From Mobula hypostoma (Eukaryota), in the NCBI RefSeq assembly GCF_963921235.1, contig NC_086097.1, positions 126,296,001 through 126,360,000 of the forward strand: 64,000 nucleotides of DNA, written 5' to 3'. Numbering within the stretch: the stretch's first letter is position 1; each line of letters begins with the position of its first letter. Position numbers and translations under genes: made by a program. Of the stretch, positions 1 to 14,400 are shown piece after piece. Under the pieces are notes generated by a model that worked only from the letters and a program-made list of their open reading frames with translations, had not been told where the DNA came from and did not search any database.

Positions 1-169
1 CTGAAAAAATAGCTGGAAGAGAATCAGTACAAAAATCAGATCATATGAAAATATTGAATAAAAGGTCGCCAGATTTCTTCAAATTTAAAGGATGTATCCA
101 ATGTCCGACTTCTTATTTTCTCTAGACTACCTCATTCTATTCCTATATTCACTGTCAAGTGGTAGTAAT

Positions 170-640
170 TAGTACCTTTGAGGCCCTGCTTTTCAACTTC
201 TTTCCTAACTGTAGTCTGTTTTCAGGACCTCCTCCCTTTTCCTACCTATGTCAATGGTACCAATATGTACCACGACCTCTGGCAATTCTCCTTCCCACTT
301 CAAGATAATGTAGATGCGATCAGAATCATCCCGGACCCTGGCACCTGGGAGGCAAACTACCATCCGTGTTTCTTTCCTGCGTCCACAGAATCACCTGTCT
401 GACCCCCTAACTATAGAGTCCCCTATCACTGCTGCCATCCTCTTCCTTTCCCTACCCTTCTGAGCCACAGAGTCAGACTCTGTGCCAGAGGTGCAATCAC
501 TGTTGCTTCCCCCAGGTAGGCTGTTTCCCCCCCTGCCCCCCAACAGTACTCAAGCAGGAATACTTATTGTTAAGGGGGACAGCCACTGGGATACTCTCTA
601 GTACCTGCTTCTTGCCCTTCGCTCTCCTGAGGAGGACCAC
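170..640 (-). mobile_element. CR1-clade LINE ORF1 (SGNH esterase-like) fragment
   Basis: Similar to 5200-5640, whose minus strand reads VIGDSIIRG...CCLPGARV...VHIGTND. Confidence 0.75.
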
Positions 641-654
641 AGACATGATTAAGG

Positions 655-1545
655 CTCAGGAGATGGAGAGTCTGCAGAGAGACTTGGATAGATTGGAAGA
701 ATGGGCAAAGAAGTGGCAAATGAAGTACAATGTTGGAAAGTGTATGGTTATGCACTTTGGCAGATGTAATAAACGGACAGACTATTATTTAAATGGAGAA
801 AGAATTCAAAGTTCTGAGATGCAATGGGACTTGGGAGTCCTTGTACAGGATACCCTTAAGGTTAACCTCCAGGTTGAGTCGGTAGTGAAGAAGGCGAATA
901 CAATATTGGCATTCATTTCTAGAGGAATAGAGTATAGGAGCAGGGATGTGATGTTGAGGCTCTATAAGGCGCTGGTGAGACCTCACTTGGAGTACTATGG
1001 GCAGTTTTGGTCTCCTTATTGAAGAAAGGATGTGCTGATGTTGGAAAGGGTACAGAGAAGATTCACTAGAATGATTCCGGGAATGAGAGGGTTAACATAT
1101 GAGGAAAGTTTGTCCGCTCTTGGACTGTATTCCTTGGAGTTTTGAAGAATGAGGGGAGACCTTATAGAAACATTTCGAATGTTGAAAGGCATGGACAGAG
1201 TGGATGTGGCAAAGTTGTTTCCCATGATGGGGGAGTCTAGTACGAGAGGGCATGATTTAAGGATTGAAGGGCGTCCATTCAGAACAGAAATGCGAAGCAA
1301 TTTTTTAGCCAGAGGGTGGTGAATCAATGGAATGTTATGCTACGGGCAGCAGTGGAGGCCAAGTCATTGGGTGTATTTAAGGCAGAGATTGATAGGTATC
1401 TGAGTAGCTAGGGCATCAAAGGTTATGGTGAAAAGGTGGGGGAGTGGGACTAAATGGGAGAATGGATCAGCTCATGATAAAATGGCGGAGCAGACTCGAT
1501 GTGCCGAATGGCCAACTTCTGCTCCTTTGTCTTATGGTCTTATGA
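655..1545 (+). mobile_element. CR1-clade LINE 3' fragment (RT C-terminus and 3' UTR)
   Basis: LQRDLDRLEEWAKKWQMKYNVGKC...[12 protein letters not shown]; tail tcttatggtcttatg. Confidence 0.9.
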
Positions 1546-2149
1546 TTCCATAATTTTACTGAGACCATCTAATTGCATTAATCATAGTTATCCTGTTGCA
1601 TAACGTCATAACTACACAAGAAATGAAGAGAATTTTTTGCCTCGGAAAAATATTAAACAATAAGAGTGACTTTTAAACATCTGATACTTAGAATTAAACA
1701 GAGACGTAACAGTCCTCCAGCAACATTCAAGGCTCTGGAGAAACTCAAAGGCTACGAAGAGAAATGGACAGTCGATGTTTTTCGTCGCGGTCCTTCATAT
1801 GCCCTCTTTCTCCAAAACGGTTCTTAGGTGCTGTCTGACCCGCTGACCTCCTCCAGTGGTTTGAGTGTTCCGGCGGTTTTCGTGCATCTGCAGTCTCTTA
1901 TGCCTTTGAAAGTCTCCATTTTCCTTTCTCACTTTAAACTTATCTGGTTCATTGAATTAAAAATTATACATTAAAAAGTAATTTAAAGTGTGTTGGGGGT
2001 AACGAACAACGTCCAATATTGCGGAGCATCAGCTATTGCGACATCCCAAGTCCGAGTATGATTTTTGATGTGCTGTTTTGCAAAGTCCTTACAGCTATTT
2101 TTCACTTGCTGTTTTGAACGAACAGCCACATGCCACTGCTAGGTGGCCC

Positions 2150-2400
2150 CAGTTGCTGTCTCTGCAGACGGTAGACTCGACGCGCCCGCCCGGTCCTGGA
2201 GACGGGCCGCTCGCGGCGATCCGGGGCGCGTTCCATCGCTGGAACGTCTGCGGCCGGTTTGTATCCGACCGTTAGGAAGGTCCGGCCTGACCCGCCAGGG
2301 CGGCGAGTGGCGCCAGCAACCCGGCTTGGCTCGGCCCGTCCAAATGGCTGAAGTAAGGCGCGTTAGACCCCTGAGGTCCCAGACCGACAATGCCCTGTAG
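2150..2400 (+). promoter_or_regulatory. CpG island / probable promoter and first exon
   Basis: GC- and CpG-rich non-repeat stretch in a CpG-depleted window. It ends at caaATGGctgaa|gtaagg (strong Kozak context plus splice donor). Confidence 0.7.
2344..2352 (+). CDS. TRP-like gene, coding part of exon 1 (MAE)
   Basis: ATG with A at -3 and G at +4, followed by a gtaagg donor. Phase 0 matches the next exon. Confidence 0.55.
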
Positions 2401-5400
2401 GAAACAATACATCCCTGGGACCCCCGAAGGCTGCATCCTCGGAGGTTCCCAACTCCGGTTAGATACCTTTCTGAAGACCACCCTACTCCTAGTCCAGCAC
2501 ACTTCCCCTACTCCCATTTTGTTTGGTATAACTAATAAGTAGAAGGTATACAATTTTTTTTTAGAATAGTGGAATTTTAAACTCCTGAGTGCCCCCACCC
2601 ACCCCTCGTTATTTTCTCTCAACTGTCTACCCGGTATCCCATTTAACGCCCTGTGAGATTACTTCCACAAGCCCACAGTTAGGAAATTCCTAATCATAAA
2701 CTTTAAACAACTAAAGTCTATTTCAATGCCTCAGAAATTTTGTTATTGTCTCTCGGGGATTGCTTGCAAGTTCAGAGACCACTCCCATTCACTCATTGGC
2801 TAGATAATCTTGTATACAGTTTATCCTATGATCGTGTTTTTACTCACCGGCCACATCCCGTAAAACGATAAATTATAGGAGCAGAATCGTGCCTTTTGGC
2901 CATGCAATGCACTTTGCCATTTAAACGTGGTTGATTTTGTTCTTGGTTCTTGATCCTCCAAAATATTCGGCATCGAATTTAAACTGGAGGTGGCGGAGAG
3001 TGGGCGGAAGGAGATTTTTGAAGGAGAATGGATTTTCTTCAACCCCATTCCTCCACCTACTCCATGTAAGTTTAACCCCCTTACTAAGCAAGAACCTATA
3101 AACATCTGCCTTAAATACAGGCAATGAGTTGACCTCTACAGCTCTCTGTGTCAGTGAATCCCATAAGACATAGGAACTGAATTAAACATTTGGCCCCTCG
3201 AGTCTGCTCCGCCATTCCATCATGGCTGATTTATTATTCCTCTCAACACCATTCTTCTGCCTTCTCCCTGTAACCTTCAAAGCCCATGCTAATCAAGAAC
3301 CTATCACCCCAGCTGCCTGTGGCAATGAATTACACAGATTCACTGCACACTGGCTAAAGAAATTCCTCCTCATCTCTGTTCTAAAGGAATGTCCATGTTT
3401 TCTGGTACTTGTGCTCTCTAGTCCTAAACTCCCCCACTATAGGAAATGTCACTCCATACCCACTCTAGGTGGGTATTTCAATATTTGTTAGGTTTCAATG
3501 GAATCCCTGTAATTCTTCTAAAATCCAGCAAGTACAGGCCCGGAGCCATCAAGTACTCCACATACGTTAACTCTTTCCTTCCCAGTATCATTCTCATGAA
3601 CTACCCCTGGACTTTCTCCAATGCCAGCATATCCTTAGGTCAGGGGCTCAAAGCGGCTCACAATTGTGACCAATGCTTTATAAGGCCTTATCGTTGCATC
3701 CTTGCTTTTATATTCCAGTCCTCTTGAAATGAACACTAACATTGCATTTGCCTTCCTTATGACCGACACAACCTGCAAGTTAACCTTTCTGGAATACTGC
3801 ATGAGAACTGCCAAATCCCCTTGCACCTTTCATTTCTGAATTTTCTCTTCACTTAGTCTACACCTTTATTCATTCCAGCAAAGCACATAGCCATACACTT
3901 CCCCAAACTATATTTCATCTGTCCACTTCTTTGCCCAATTTCCCAATCTGTCTTAGCCCTTCTACAAACTCCTTATTCCTCAACACTACCTGCCCTTCCA
4001 CCTATCTTTGTATCTTCTGCAGGGTGAATTCTATCATATTATGATCACTGCCTCCCAGGGGGTTCCTTTACCTTCAGCTCCCTAATTAATTTTGGTTCAT
4101 TACAGAATTGCCTTTTCCCTAGTAGGGTCAACTACAAGCTGCTCTAACTAGCCATCTCATAGGCATTCTACAAATTCCCTCTCTTAGGATCCAGCAGCAA
4201 CCTGATTTTTCTGATCTACCTATATACCTACATATTGAAATCCCTCAAGACTATCCCAACATTGCTCCTTTGATATGCCTTTTCTCTCTCCCGTTGTAAT
4301 TTGTACTCCACATCTGGCTACTGTTCGGAGGCCTGTATATAACTTCCACCAGGGTGTTTTTAACCACGCAAACAACAGGAATTCTGCAGATGCTGGAAAT
4401 TCAAGCAACACACATAAAAGTTGCTGGTGAACGCAGCAGGCCAGGCAGCATCTCTAGGAAGAGGTACAGTCGACGTTTCAGGCTGAGACCCTTCGTCGGG
4501 ACTAACTGAAGGAAGAGTGAGTAAGGGATTTGAAACTTTCAAATCCCATACTCACTCTTCCTTCAGTTAGTCCCGACGAAGGGTCTCAGCCTGAAACGTC
4601 GACTGTACCTCTTCCTAGAGATGCTGCCTGGCCTGCTGCGTTCACCAGCAACTTTTATGTGTGTTGCGTGTTTTTAACCATGTAGTTTCTTAACTCTACC
4701 CACAAGGATTCTACATCTTCCGATCCTATGTCACCTCTTTCTAAGGATTTGATTTCATTTTTTACCAACACAACTACCCCACCCCCTCTGCCTACCTGTC
4801 TGTCCTCCTGATACAATGTTCATCCTTTGATGTTAAATCCCAACAATGATCTTCTTTCAGCCGTGACTCTGTGATGCCTACAATGTCATACCTGTCAATT
4901 TTGAACTGTGCTACAAGATCATCTATCTTATTCCAAATACTGGGATTATTCAAATATAACCCTATCACCTGACTATTTTCCCTCACAGTCTCACTGCACA
5001 CTGCTTCTACTTGTATACTAACTGGTCCATCCTCTGTCATTTCACCCTGGTTCCCATCCCCCTAACAAATTAGTTTAAACCCTCCTCAACAGCTCTAGCA
5101 AACCTGCCCACAAGGATATTGGTCCCCTCAGTTTCAGGCAGCAATTCAATGATTACTACCCTGGAGGTTCTGCTTTTCAGTTTTCTGCCTAACTGCCGAT
5201 AGGCTCTCTTCAGGGCCTCCTACCTTTTCCTACCTACATCATTAGTACCAATATGTACCACAACTTCCAGCTGTTCATCCTCCCCCTTCAGAATGCTGTG
5301 GATGCAATCTGAGACATCCCTGACCCTGGCACCTGGGAGGCAACATACCATCTGGGTGTCTCTTTCACATCCACAAAACCTGCTTTCTGCCCCTCTAATT

Positions 5401-8400
5401 ATGGAATCTCCTATCACCACTGCACTCCCCTTCTCTTCCCTTCCCTTCTGAGCCACAGAGCCAGACTCAATTCCAGACACCTGGTCACTCTGGCTTCCCC
5501 CGGTAGGTCATCCCTCCCTCCCCCTACAGTACCCAAAGCGGTGTACTTATTATTGAGGGGAACAGCCACAGGGGTACTCTGCACTGGCTGCCTATTCCCT
5601 TTCCCTCTCCTGACAGTCATCCAGGGACCTGCCTTCTGCAACTAAGCGGTGACTACCTCCCCGTAGCACCTCTCATTCTCCCATATGAGCAGAAGGTCAT
5701 CAAGCTGCAGTTTCGGTACCTTAACATAGTCTCTATGGAGCTGCAGTTTGATGCACTGTGCAGATGTTTGTTATCGGGGGAAACTGAAGTCTCCCAAATT
5801 TTCCACATCTGACACAACATCTGGAACATACTATGACTCCAAATCCATTCTACTAGCTACGTACTAACAGTAAAAAAAAACTTACCACAAATTTTCTTTC
5901 TTACATAAAACCTCCGCCTGTGTTTGACTCAGCCTGTTGACAGAGTTGGAGAAACTGGGAGAAGGGAAAGGAGTCCTTAGAGGGAGCAGGGCAGAAGAAG
6001 TATGTTCAAGATAGATGAAGGAACCTGTAGGCTTTAATGGATGTTTGTGGCTAGCCTATCTACTGAAAAGAAAGCAGACTCACCATTTGATGGTGAGTGC
6101 ATTATGGAAAATGGTTGCAAACATAACTAAATTGTTGAACTCTAAATGAATACAGTAGCAACACCGATGCAGTTTGCCAATGTACCAGAAAATCAGTTGA
6201 GAAATGGGCCAAGAATGATTTCTACAAAGACAGTTCCATTTATCCCACACAAAAAATAGGCATAATTTAGAATTATGGGAGTGTCCATAGCTATCCTTTG
6301 ATCTAAGGAATGTGAGTACAGTTGAAGGAGAAATTGTTTAATGTGGGAATAAGTTAAATCAGGTGAATGATTGCGTTGCTTGGACCTTCCTATTATTTTC
6401 ATCCCAGAAGTTAATCTGGTTCCCTTGTAAACTATGACAGGTATATTAGTTAAGGTGTACAATTGTACAACAGTAAAAAAAAAACACAACCACTTACTGA
6501 TACTGACATACAGTAGATCTGGATGTTTTCTATCAGGGTGCAATCAAATTAGTTTCACAAAATCACATGGAAATGGTTGACAAAGTTTTCTATATTGCTT
6601 TTAGAAAAAATCTGGAGCAAAAGTTAAATCTATACAAACTGAACAAGATCAATACGAAAGCACGCAAAGGATGCGAACGGATGATAAAGATGGTAGGTAA
6701 AATCCTGATAATGGTTTAGCTTCCACAAAAAATCATTGACAATTGAATTGAATTGACTTTATTTGTTACATCCTTCTCATACATGAAGTAAAAATCTTTA
6801 CATTATGTCTCCGTCTGAATGTGCAATATGCAATTTATAGTAATTTGTAATAAATAGTATGTACAACAGGACAGTCAGTATGGCATAGAAATACAATTGT
6901 ATCAGTGAATTAATCAGTCTGATGGCCTGGTGGAAGAACCTGTCCCGAAGCCTGTTGGTCCTGGCTTTTATGCTGCAGTACCGTTTCCTGGATGGTAGCA
7001 GCTGGAACAGTTTGTGGTTGGGTGACTCGGGTCCCTAATCGTTGATGTTTACTACAGCTGAATGTAATGGCTTGAATCAGTAATTTCAATGGACACTTAT
7101 TATTGGAGATCTGAATGATTGTGTATACTATAAACAGTCCCTCAGAATCAAGCATGCTTTGCTTCCAGTTCAGTTTTGTGGTTTCTGAGATGCTAATGAG
7201 GCCAAAGTGTGAACGGCAGCTTTTCCATAGATGGGCCAGAACGTGGCTGAGAGTGGAAAAAGTGATTAACTAGTGACTCTCCTTTCCTGATGATTAAGCA
7301 GGGCTTCATTCGGCTGCTAGTAGTCTCAAGGGTCTCAACCATTTTGAATGCTCCTCCTCCAATTTCCGTTGTCATGGGCCAGAGTCATTTATATGTTCCG
7401 CTTATTCAAAGAAGCTTTGAGCATTTTGAATCTTTTTTTCTCTGTTTGCCGAGTAACCCCGTATGGTATAGCTCAGAAAAGAGTCCCTAGTTCAGGGATT
7501 TTCTGTCAGGCATGAGATTAATTGGCCAGCCCAACATAATAGACAGTTCTTTGGATGTTAATCTAGGAAACGTAGTTGACTTATCCTTCTTCTGAAAGTT
7601 GGAGGATATTGTGTACACCAATAGTGGTATCTTGCCCGTGTTTCAAATACCTTCTATAGGTAGTAATGTTCTCAGAAGCATGTAGAAAGGCAGGGGACAC
7701 TGCTGCATTGTAAACTAGGAGCTTCGTGCCAGGTCTGAGATCTTGACTTTCAACTACTTCTATTCCATAGTCATTCAGTGGCTATGAAGATGGTACTGAG
7801 TTTCATTGTTGATGCCTTCCTTAGAGGAAGCGGTCCATGTTTTCCAAGATCTTGTTGTAAATATTTATTACTGAAGTGCGATATAGTGCATTTGGAGCAG
7901 GCTGGTGGGGGCCTTGTAATTGCTACTATTGAGTGTAAGGCTATTCTGGCAATCTTTGGTGAGTGATTTGTTTTGGAGCTTGTCCTCTGAGTATGAGCAA
8001 GCACATGTATTATCTGCAGACTGCAGATCAAACACTAAAGGTTTGGATAACTTTGGTACTAGAGTGTAATTGCCACAGGATGAACAGGTTCTCATTAGTT
8101 TTGAACATAAGAACATAAGAAATAGGAGCAGGAGTAGGCTATCTGGCCCATCGAGCCTGCCCCGCCATTCAGTAAGATTCAATCTGTCCATAAACTCAGC
8201 TCCATCTACCTGCCTTTTCCCCATAATCCTTAATTCCCCTACTATGTAACAATCTTTCTAACTGTATCTTAAATATATTTAGTGAAGGAGCCTCAACTGC
8301 TTCCCTGGGCAGAGAATTCTACAGATTCACCACTCTCTGGGAAAAACAGTTTCTCCTCATCTCCGTCCTAAATCTTCTCCCCTGAATCTTGAGGCAATGT

Positions 8401-11400
8401 CCCCTAGTTCTAGTCTCACCTACCAATGGAAACAACTTTGCTACTTCTATCTAATCTATCCCTTTCAAAATTTTGTATGTTTCTATAAGATCCCCTCTCA
8501 TTCTTCTGAACTCCAGAGAGTATAGTCCCAGGTGACTCAATCTCTCCTCATAGGTTAACCCCTTCATCCCTGGAATCAACCTGGTGAACCTCCTCTACAC
8601 TGCCTCCAAAGCCAGAATATCCTTCCTCAAATATGGAGACCAGAACTGCACACAGTACTCCAGGTGTGGCCACACCAGTACCCTGTATAGTTGCAGCATG
8701 ACCTCCCTGCTCTTGAATTCAATCCCTCTAGCAATGAAGGCCAACATTCCGTTTGCCTTCTTAATAACCTGTTGTACCTGCAAGCTAACTTTTTGTGATT
8801 CATACACAAGCACTCCCAAGTCCCTCTGCACAACAGCATGCTGCAACCTTTCACCATTTAAATAATAATCTGCTCTTCTATTATTCCTTCTAAAGTGGAT
8901 GATCTTGCATTTACCAACGTTGTATTCCATCTGCCAGACCTTGGTCCACTTAATTAACCTATCTATATCCCTCTGCAGACTTTCCACATCCTCTGTACAA
9001 TTTGCTTTTCCGCTCAGTTTAGTGTCATCAGCTTATTTTGCTACGCTACACTCAGTCCCCTCTTCCAAATCATCAATGTAAATGGTAAACAGCTGTGGGC
9101 CCAGCACCGACCCCTGCAGCACCCCACTCACCACTTACTGCCAACCGGAGAAACACCCATTTATATCAACTCTCTGCCTTCTATCGGTTAACCAATCCAC
9201 ATCCATGCCAATACATTTCCTCCGACTCCATGAATCCGTATCTTATTTATAAGTCTCTTGTGCGGCACCTTATCGAACGCCTTCTGGAAATCCAAGTATA
9301 CGACATCCACCTGTTCCCTTCTATCCACTGCACTCATTATGTCCTCAAAGAACTCCAGTAAGTTTGTCAAACAGGACGTGCCCTTTCTGAATTCATGCTG
9401 TGTCTGTCTAATAGAACTACTCCTTTCTAAATGTTTCGCTATTTCTTCTTTAATGACAGCTTCAAACATTTTCCCCACTACAGATGTTAAGCTAACTGGC
9501 CTATAGTTGCCCGTCTTTTGCTTACATCTTTTTTAAAAAGGTGGGTGATATTTGCTGTCTTCCAATCCGCCGGGATCTGCCCAGAGTCTAGAGAATTTTG
9601 GTAAATGATTACCAACGTGTCTACTATAACCTCTGCCAATTCCCTCAGCACTCTGGGAAGCATCCCATCAGGACCAGGAGACTTATCTACCTTCAGGCCC
9701 TCTAGTTTTCTCATCATTATTCTTTAGTGACAATGATTTTATCAAGGTCCTCACCTCCCATTTCGTCCATAACATCATTCTTTGGCACATTAGACATGTC
9801 CTCCACAGTGAAGACCGACACAAAATAGTCGTTCAATGCCTCAGCCATTTCCTTATCATCCAATATCAATTTCCCCTTCTCGTCTTCCAAGGGACCTACG
9901 TTGATTTTAGCCACCCTCTTCCGCTTTATTTATTTATAAAAACTTTTGCTATCTTTTTTATATTTTGTGCTAAATTACTTCCATACTCTATCTTCCCTTT
10001 CCTTATTTCTTGTTTAGTTGTTGAAGACTAGTTCTATTTCCACTGGAAGTTTATTGAAGGTGAAGTAATATGGCTTGACGAAAAAAAAGAAAGAAGTGTT
10101 GGCGGCCTTATTTGACTCTAGCTCTTGGGCATCTACATATTGGAGGATCTATCCTGGGCCCAACACATTGATGCAATTGTGAAGAATTGCCAGCAGCATT
10201 TGAGGAGATTTGCTACGTCTCCAAAGGCTCTAACACTTACAGCTGAGAGCATTCTAATGAGTTGCATCACTGCCTGAAGTGGAGGCTACAATGTGAAGGA
10301 TCAAAAGAGGCTGCAGAGGATTGCAGACTCAGCCACTGAGGACCATCACCAACTAAGACATGCTCTCTTCTCTTCACTACCTTCAGTGAGGAGGTACAGG
10401 TGCATGAACACCCACACATAATATTTAGAAACAGTTTCTTCCCCTCTGCCATCAGATTTCTGTACAGTTGATGAATCCATGAGCATTACCCTGCTATTCC
10501 TCTTTGGCAACATTTATTTATTTATTTATTTTCAAGATGTCCATTTATTGCTTTTTACAGTAGTACAAATATTAAATCCTGTTCAGGCAAATATCCAAGA
10601 ACAGTATAAAAAATGGAAAATAACCAATAACAGTACTCAAATTAAGTATTGTATAGCCATACAAGATCAAAACCCTATTTACTTTTGCACTGTACTGCTA
10701 CCACAAAACCACAAATTCAATGATATGTCAATGATAATAAACTAGATTCTGATTCTGTGTTCACTGAGAACTATTGCTTAAGTATTACAACTTGCACACT
10801 GTCATGGAGCAAACATAAGATGCACTCTGATTTCTATGTCTGTATTAATGGAGTTAAAGGCTTTAGTGAGGTTTAAGAAAGCCAGAAGAAAGATAGTAGT
10901 TGATGTAGATCATGCTATTTTCTTGGAGGAGTTGTATTGAAAATCATATGTACTATACACTCAGTGGCTACTTTATTAGGTAGCTTCTGTACCTAATAAA
11001 ATGATCACCGAGGCTATGTTTGTCGTCTAGCCTATCCACTTCAAGGTTCGGTATCATTTGGGTTTAGAGATGCTCTTCTGCACACCACTGTTGTAACATG
11101 TGTTTATTTGAGTTTCTGCTGCCTTCTTGTCAGTTTGAACTGGTCTGGTCAGTCTCCTCTGAAATCTCTCATTAACATGATGCTTTCACCCACAGAACTG
11201 CTGCTCACTGGATGTCTTTTGTTTTTCACATTATTCTCTCTAAACTCTAGAGACTGTTGTGCATGAAAATGCCAGAAGATCAGCAGTTTCTGAGATACTC
11301 AGACAAACCTGTCTGACACCAACAATCACTTAGATCACATTTCTTCCCCATTTGGATGTTTGGCTTGAACATCAACTGAACTTCTTGACCGTGTCTGCCT

Positions 11401-14400
11401 GCTTTTATGCACTGAGTTGCTGCCACATGATTGGCTGATTAGATATTTACATTAACGAGCAGGTGTACGGATGTACCTAATGAAGTGGCTACATGAGTGT
11501 ATGTCCAGATGGATGGCATTCATACTGTGAGCAAATGCTGTCAACCACTAGGAGGAAACAGGTGAGAAGAACCCTGGCCATTACTTTCTTCCTGTGGCAA
11601 ACATCGGGGGACCCTTCTATAGTTACAATTGTCAGACCTGTCTCCAGTTAACAAAGGAAGCAGCAAAATATCTGGGGCAACAAAGTCACCAGAATAGTTC
11701 AATTATGTTGTTTGTTCTTAAGCATGTAGAGACGATGTAGATCTTTTCTGAGGATTAAGACTTCAATATTACTTTCAGTCTTTTACCTGAAGCAGATCAG
11801 AGCCATTTTTTAAAAGAATTGTAAGTGGCATAATTTAAGGCAGCGAGTTGCACTGCGCTGGGCTTGATGTTTCCCAATTCAGTTAAATGGAAGGGAATTG
11901 CTGTAAATCGCTATGTCAGTGTCAGTGAAGTTGTTTTTTTACTCCTATTTAGACCTTTCTTTCTCAGCCTTATATATACTCAATCACTCCATCTCCACAG
12001 CTTTCTGACCTAGAGAATTCCAGAACGTTAAGAGAAGAAATTCTTCCTTATTTCTGCTTTAAGTGGGGAAAAGAGCTTTATCCTAAAGCTTTCAAATTCA
12101 GTTATTGTCAGGCATACCTACCCAGGGTACGAATGCATGAAAATTAGCTTTGTGCAGCAGCACAGTACATTACAAACACAACAATATAAGTTAACATAAA
12201 TTTAAATTAACCTACTTTATGCATAATTTACTTAACAAGATAAACAAAAGAGTCTAGTAGTTCCAGATTCTTCTACAAAGTGAAATATCCTTTCAGTATG
12301 TAACCTGTGAATTCCCTTTAAATCTTATATTTCAATTAAATAACCTCATTCCAGTGGCGGTGCCAGAGATTTTTCTTGCTGGTGCTACGGAGGGACTGAA
12401 TGATTCAGTGATGGTGCTGAGGGGTTGTGCACTGTGTGGTCTAATATAGAAGTGAACTGTTACAGTGTCAACAGCATCTCGGACAACCTGAGCTCCACAG
12501 AGCATAAACAAAAAAAACAAACAGAGCATCCAAGCAACAGCAGACAATGTGAATCATGCACCCATCCTGCAATCAGCGTCAAATGCGTGCTTTTCAACTG
12601 AAAAACACAAAATGAACCCACTGCTATTCGCATTACATAGACAGCTATGCCAAAAGATACACCGTTATTAAAGTCAAATAAGGCAAACAACAGATGCAAG
12701 GCTTTACCAGGAGTTGGACAAATCGTACTCTGACCATGCAATACCTCAATTAATTCGGCTATTGAATTTAAAACAAAAATCAACAAAATCACCGCTTGCA
12801 AGTCTAAGCAAAACCAGTAGGCTTAATAGCAGTAAATATAATATTTTAGGATTTGCAGGAAACATAAGGACTATGGGGTATCCACCACAAAATAATAATA
12901 ATAATCAGCATTAATCTTGGCCCAAATTTTTAAAAAATCAACTGCACTCACCATTAATGTTTTCAGAGAAGCTCAATCCATCTGTTGTTGTGATTGGTTG
13001 CGAAAGCATCAATGATTTTCTGGATGTCAAGTGCTTTGGTCCTCCAGCTGTTTATTGCCAACAGGGTCAAGTTGCTGTTCCGAGCATCGCCACTGCTATT
13101 CCTTAAGTAGTTTTTGAGGCGTCTGAGGCAAGGGAAACTCCATTTGCCTGAGGCAGATGTAACAGGCAGAGTCAGTGATATGCAGGTTAGTTTGTATAAA
13201 TCTATAAATGCATTGCGGTAGGGTCTCATTAGAGCTAGACATTCCACTGTGTCATTCACTGTCTGTCTTTGCTTTTGTTTTGTTTCCAGCAGACGCCGAA
13301 CCTGATGTAGCTCTACAGTTAGCTTCACTTTGGAGTGATAGTATTGGGCCATTGGCCAAAGACAATTCTTGTCTAGGAAGAACTTGTGTTTGGGACTCAA
13401 TGCTGAGTCTCCAGTCAGAACACCCCCGTCTCAATTGAGAACCGCGTTTTCATTTCAGTCAGAAGTCTCTCTATAACTGGTAGAAACAGTGGTTGCGAAG
13501 GTCATCAGAGGATGTGACAGGTGTGCGTTCAGTTTGGGCCTCAACAACAAAATTATGTAGGCGGCGGGGTGGCTGGGCCTATCTCCTTTCATGTGGCCTG
13601 CTCTGTATTCTGGCCCTGACGCACAGGTCCCTAGCTCTTGCCTGAATTTCACTCCATGATTCCTCTCCCCATTTTGCTGAGAGTGCATCGATAACAGACT
13701 GAGCCAAGTCCACAGCGGATGAAAGCTCCAAACTGGGAGATTGTAGCTGGTCTGACATGAACTTGGTGACTCGGAATAAATCCTCAAACAGAGTGAGAAG
13801 TAAAGCAAACTGCTTGTCAATCAGTCCATTTACAGCTCTGGCCTCCGTTTTCCTCCTTGCATTTGGTTGACCCATAATATCCTGTAGTGTAGCTAGAATG
13901 GCAGGGAGTGATTTCCTTATAGCTCACAAAGCTGTATACTGCCAAGCCCAGCGTGTATCTGACAATTTCTTCAACTCCATGGGCTGTGCAGTTGATTCCG
14001 GTTCTCTCCGTTTCTTCATGAAAAGATCATGGGCAACAGAGTTTGAAAAGAAGTTGTAAAGCAGCTGCACAGTTTCAAAAAATTCACCCACCTGCTTGTG
14101 GTACATTGCTCACAACATCCACGGAAACAAGGTTAAGTCTGTAAGCATGGCAGCGTGTATATAGTGCCTGCGGGACCTCTTTCCTGAACCTCTCTTGTAC
14201 CCTGTTATTGCACCCGGACATCACTGCTGCCCCGTCATAACACTGACCTATACACACGTTCTTATCAATAACACACTGGGCGAGTGTCTGTTCAATGCTT
14301 TTAAGAACCGACTCTGCGTTCAACCCTTCTGCTGGAGTGAAGGGCAAGAATTCTTCAAGCACTGTTTTGTTATTCAAATACTGCACCACCACTGATATTT

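Noticed and set aside
2078..2622. Overlapping short ORFs in the GC-rich region
   Set aside because: These are expected by chance in a CpG island. An N-terminal extension from the frame starting at 2143 (non-ATG start) is unsupported.
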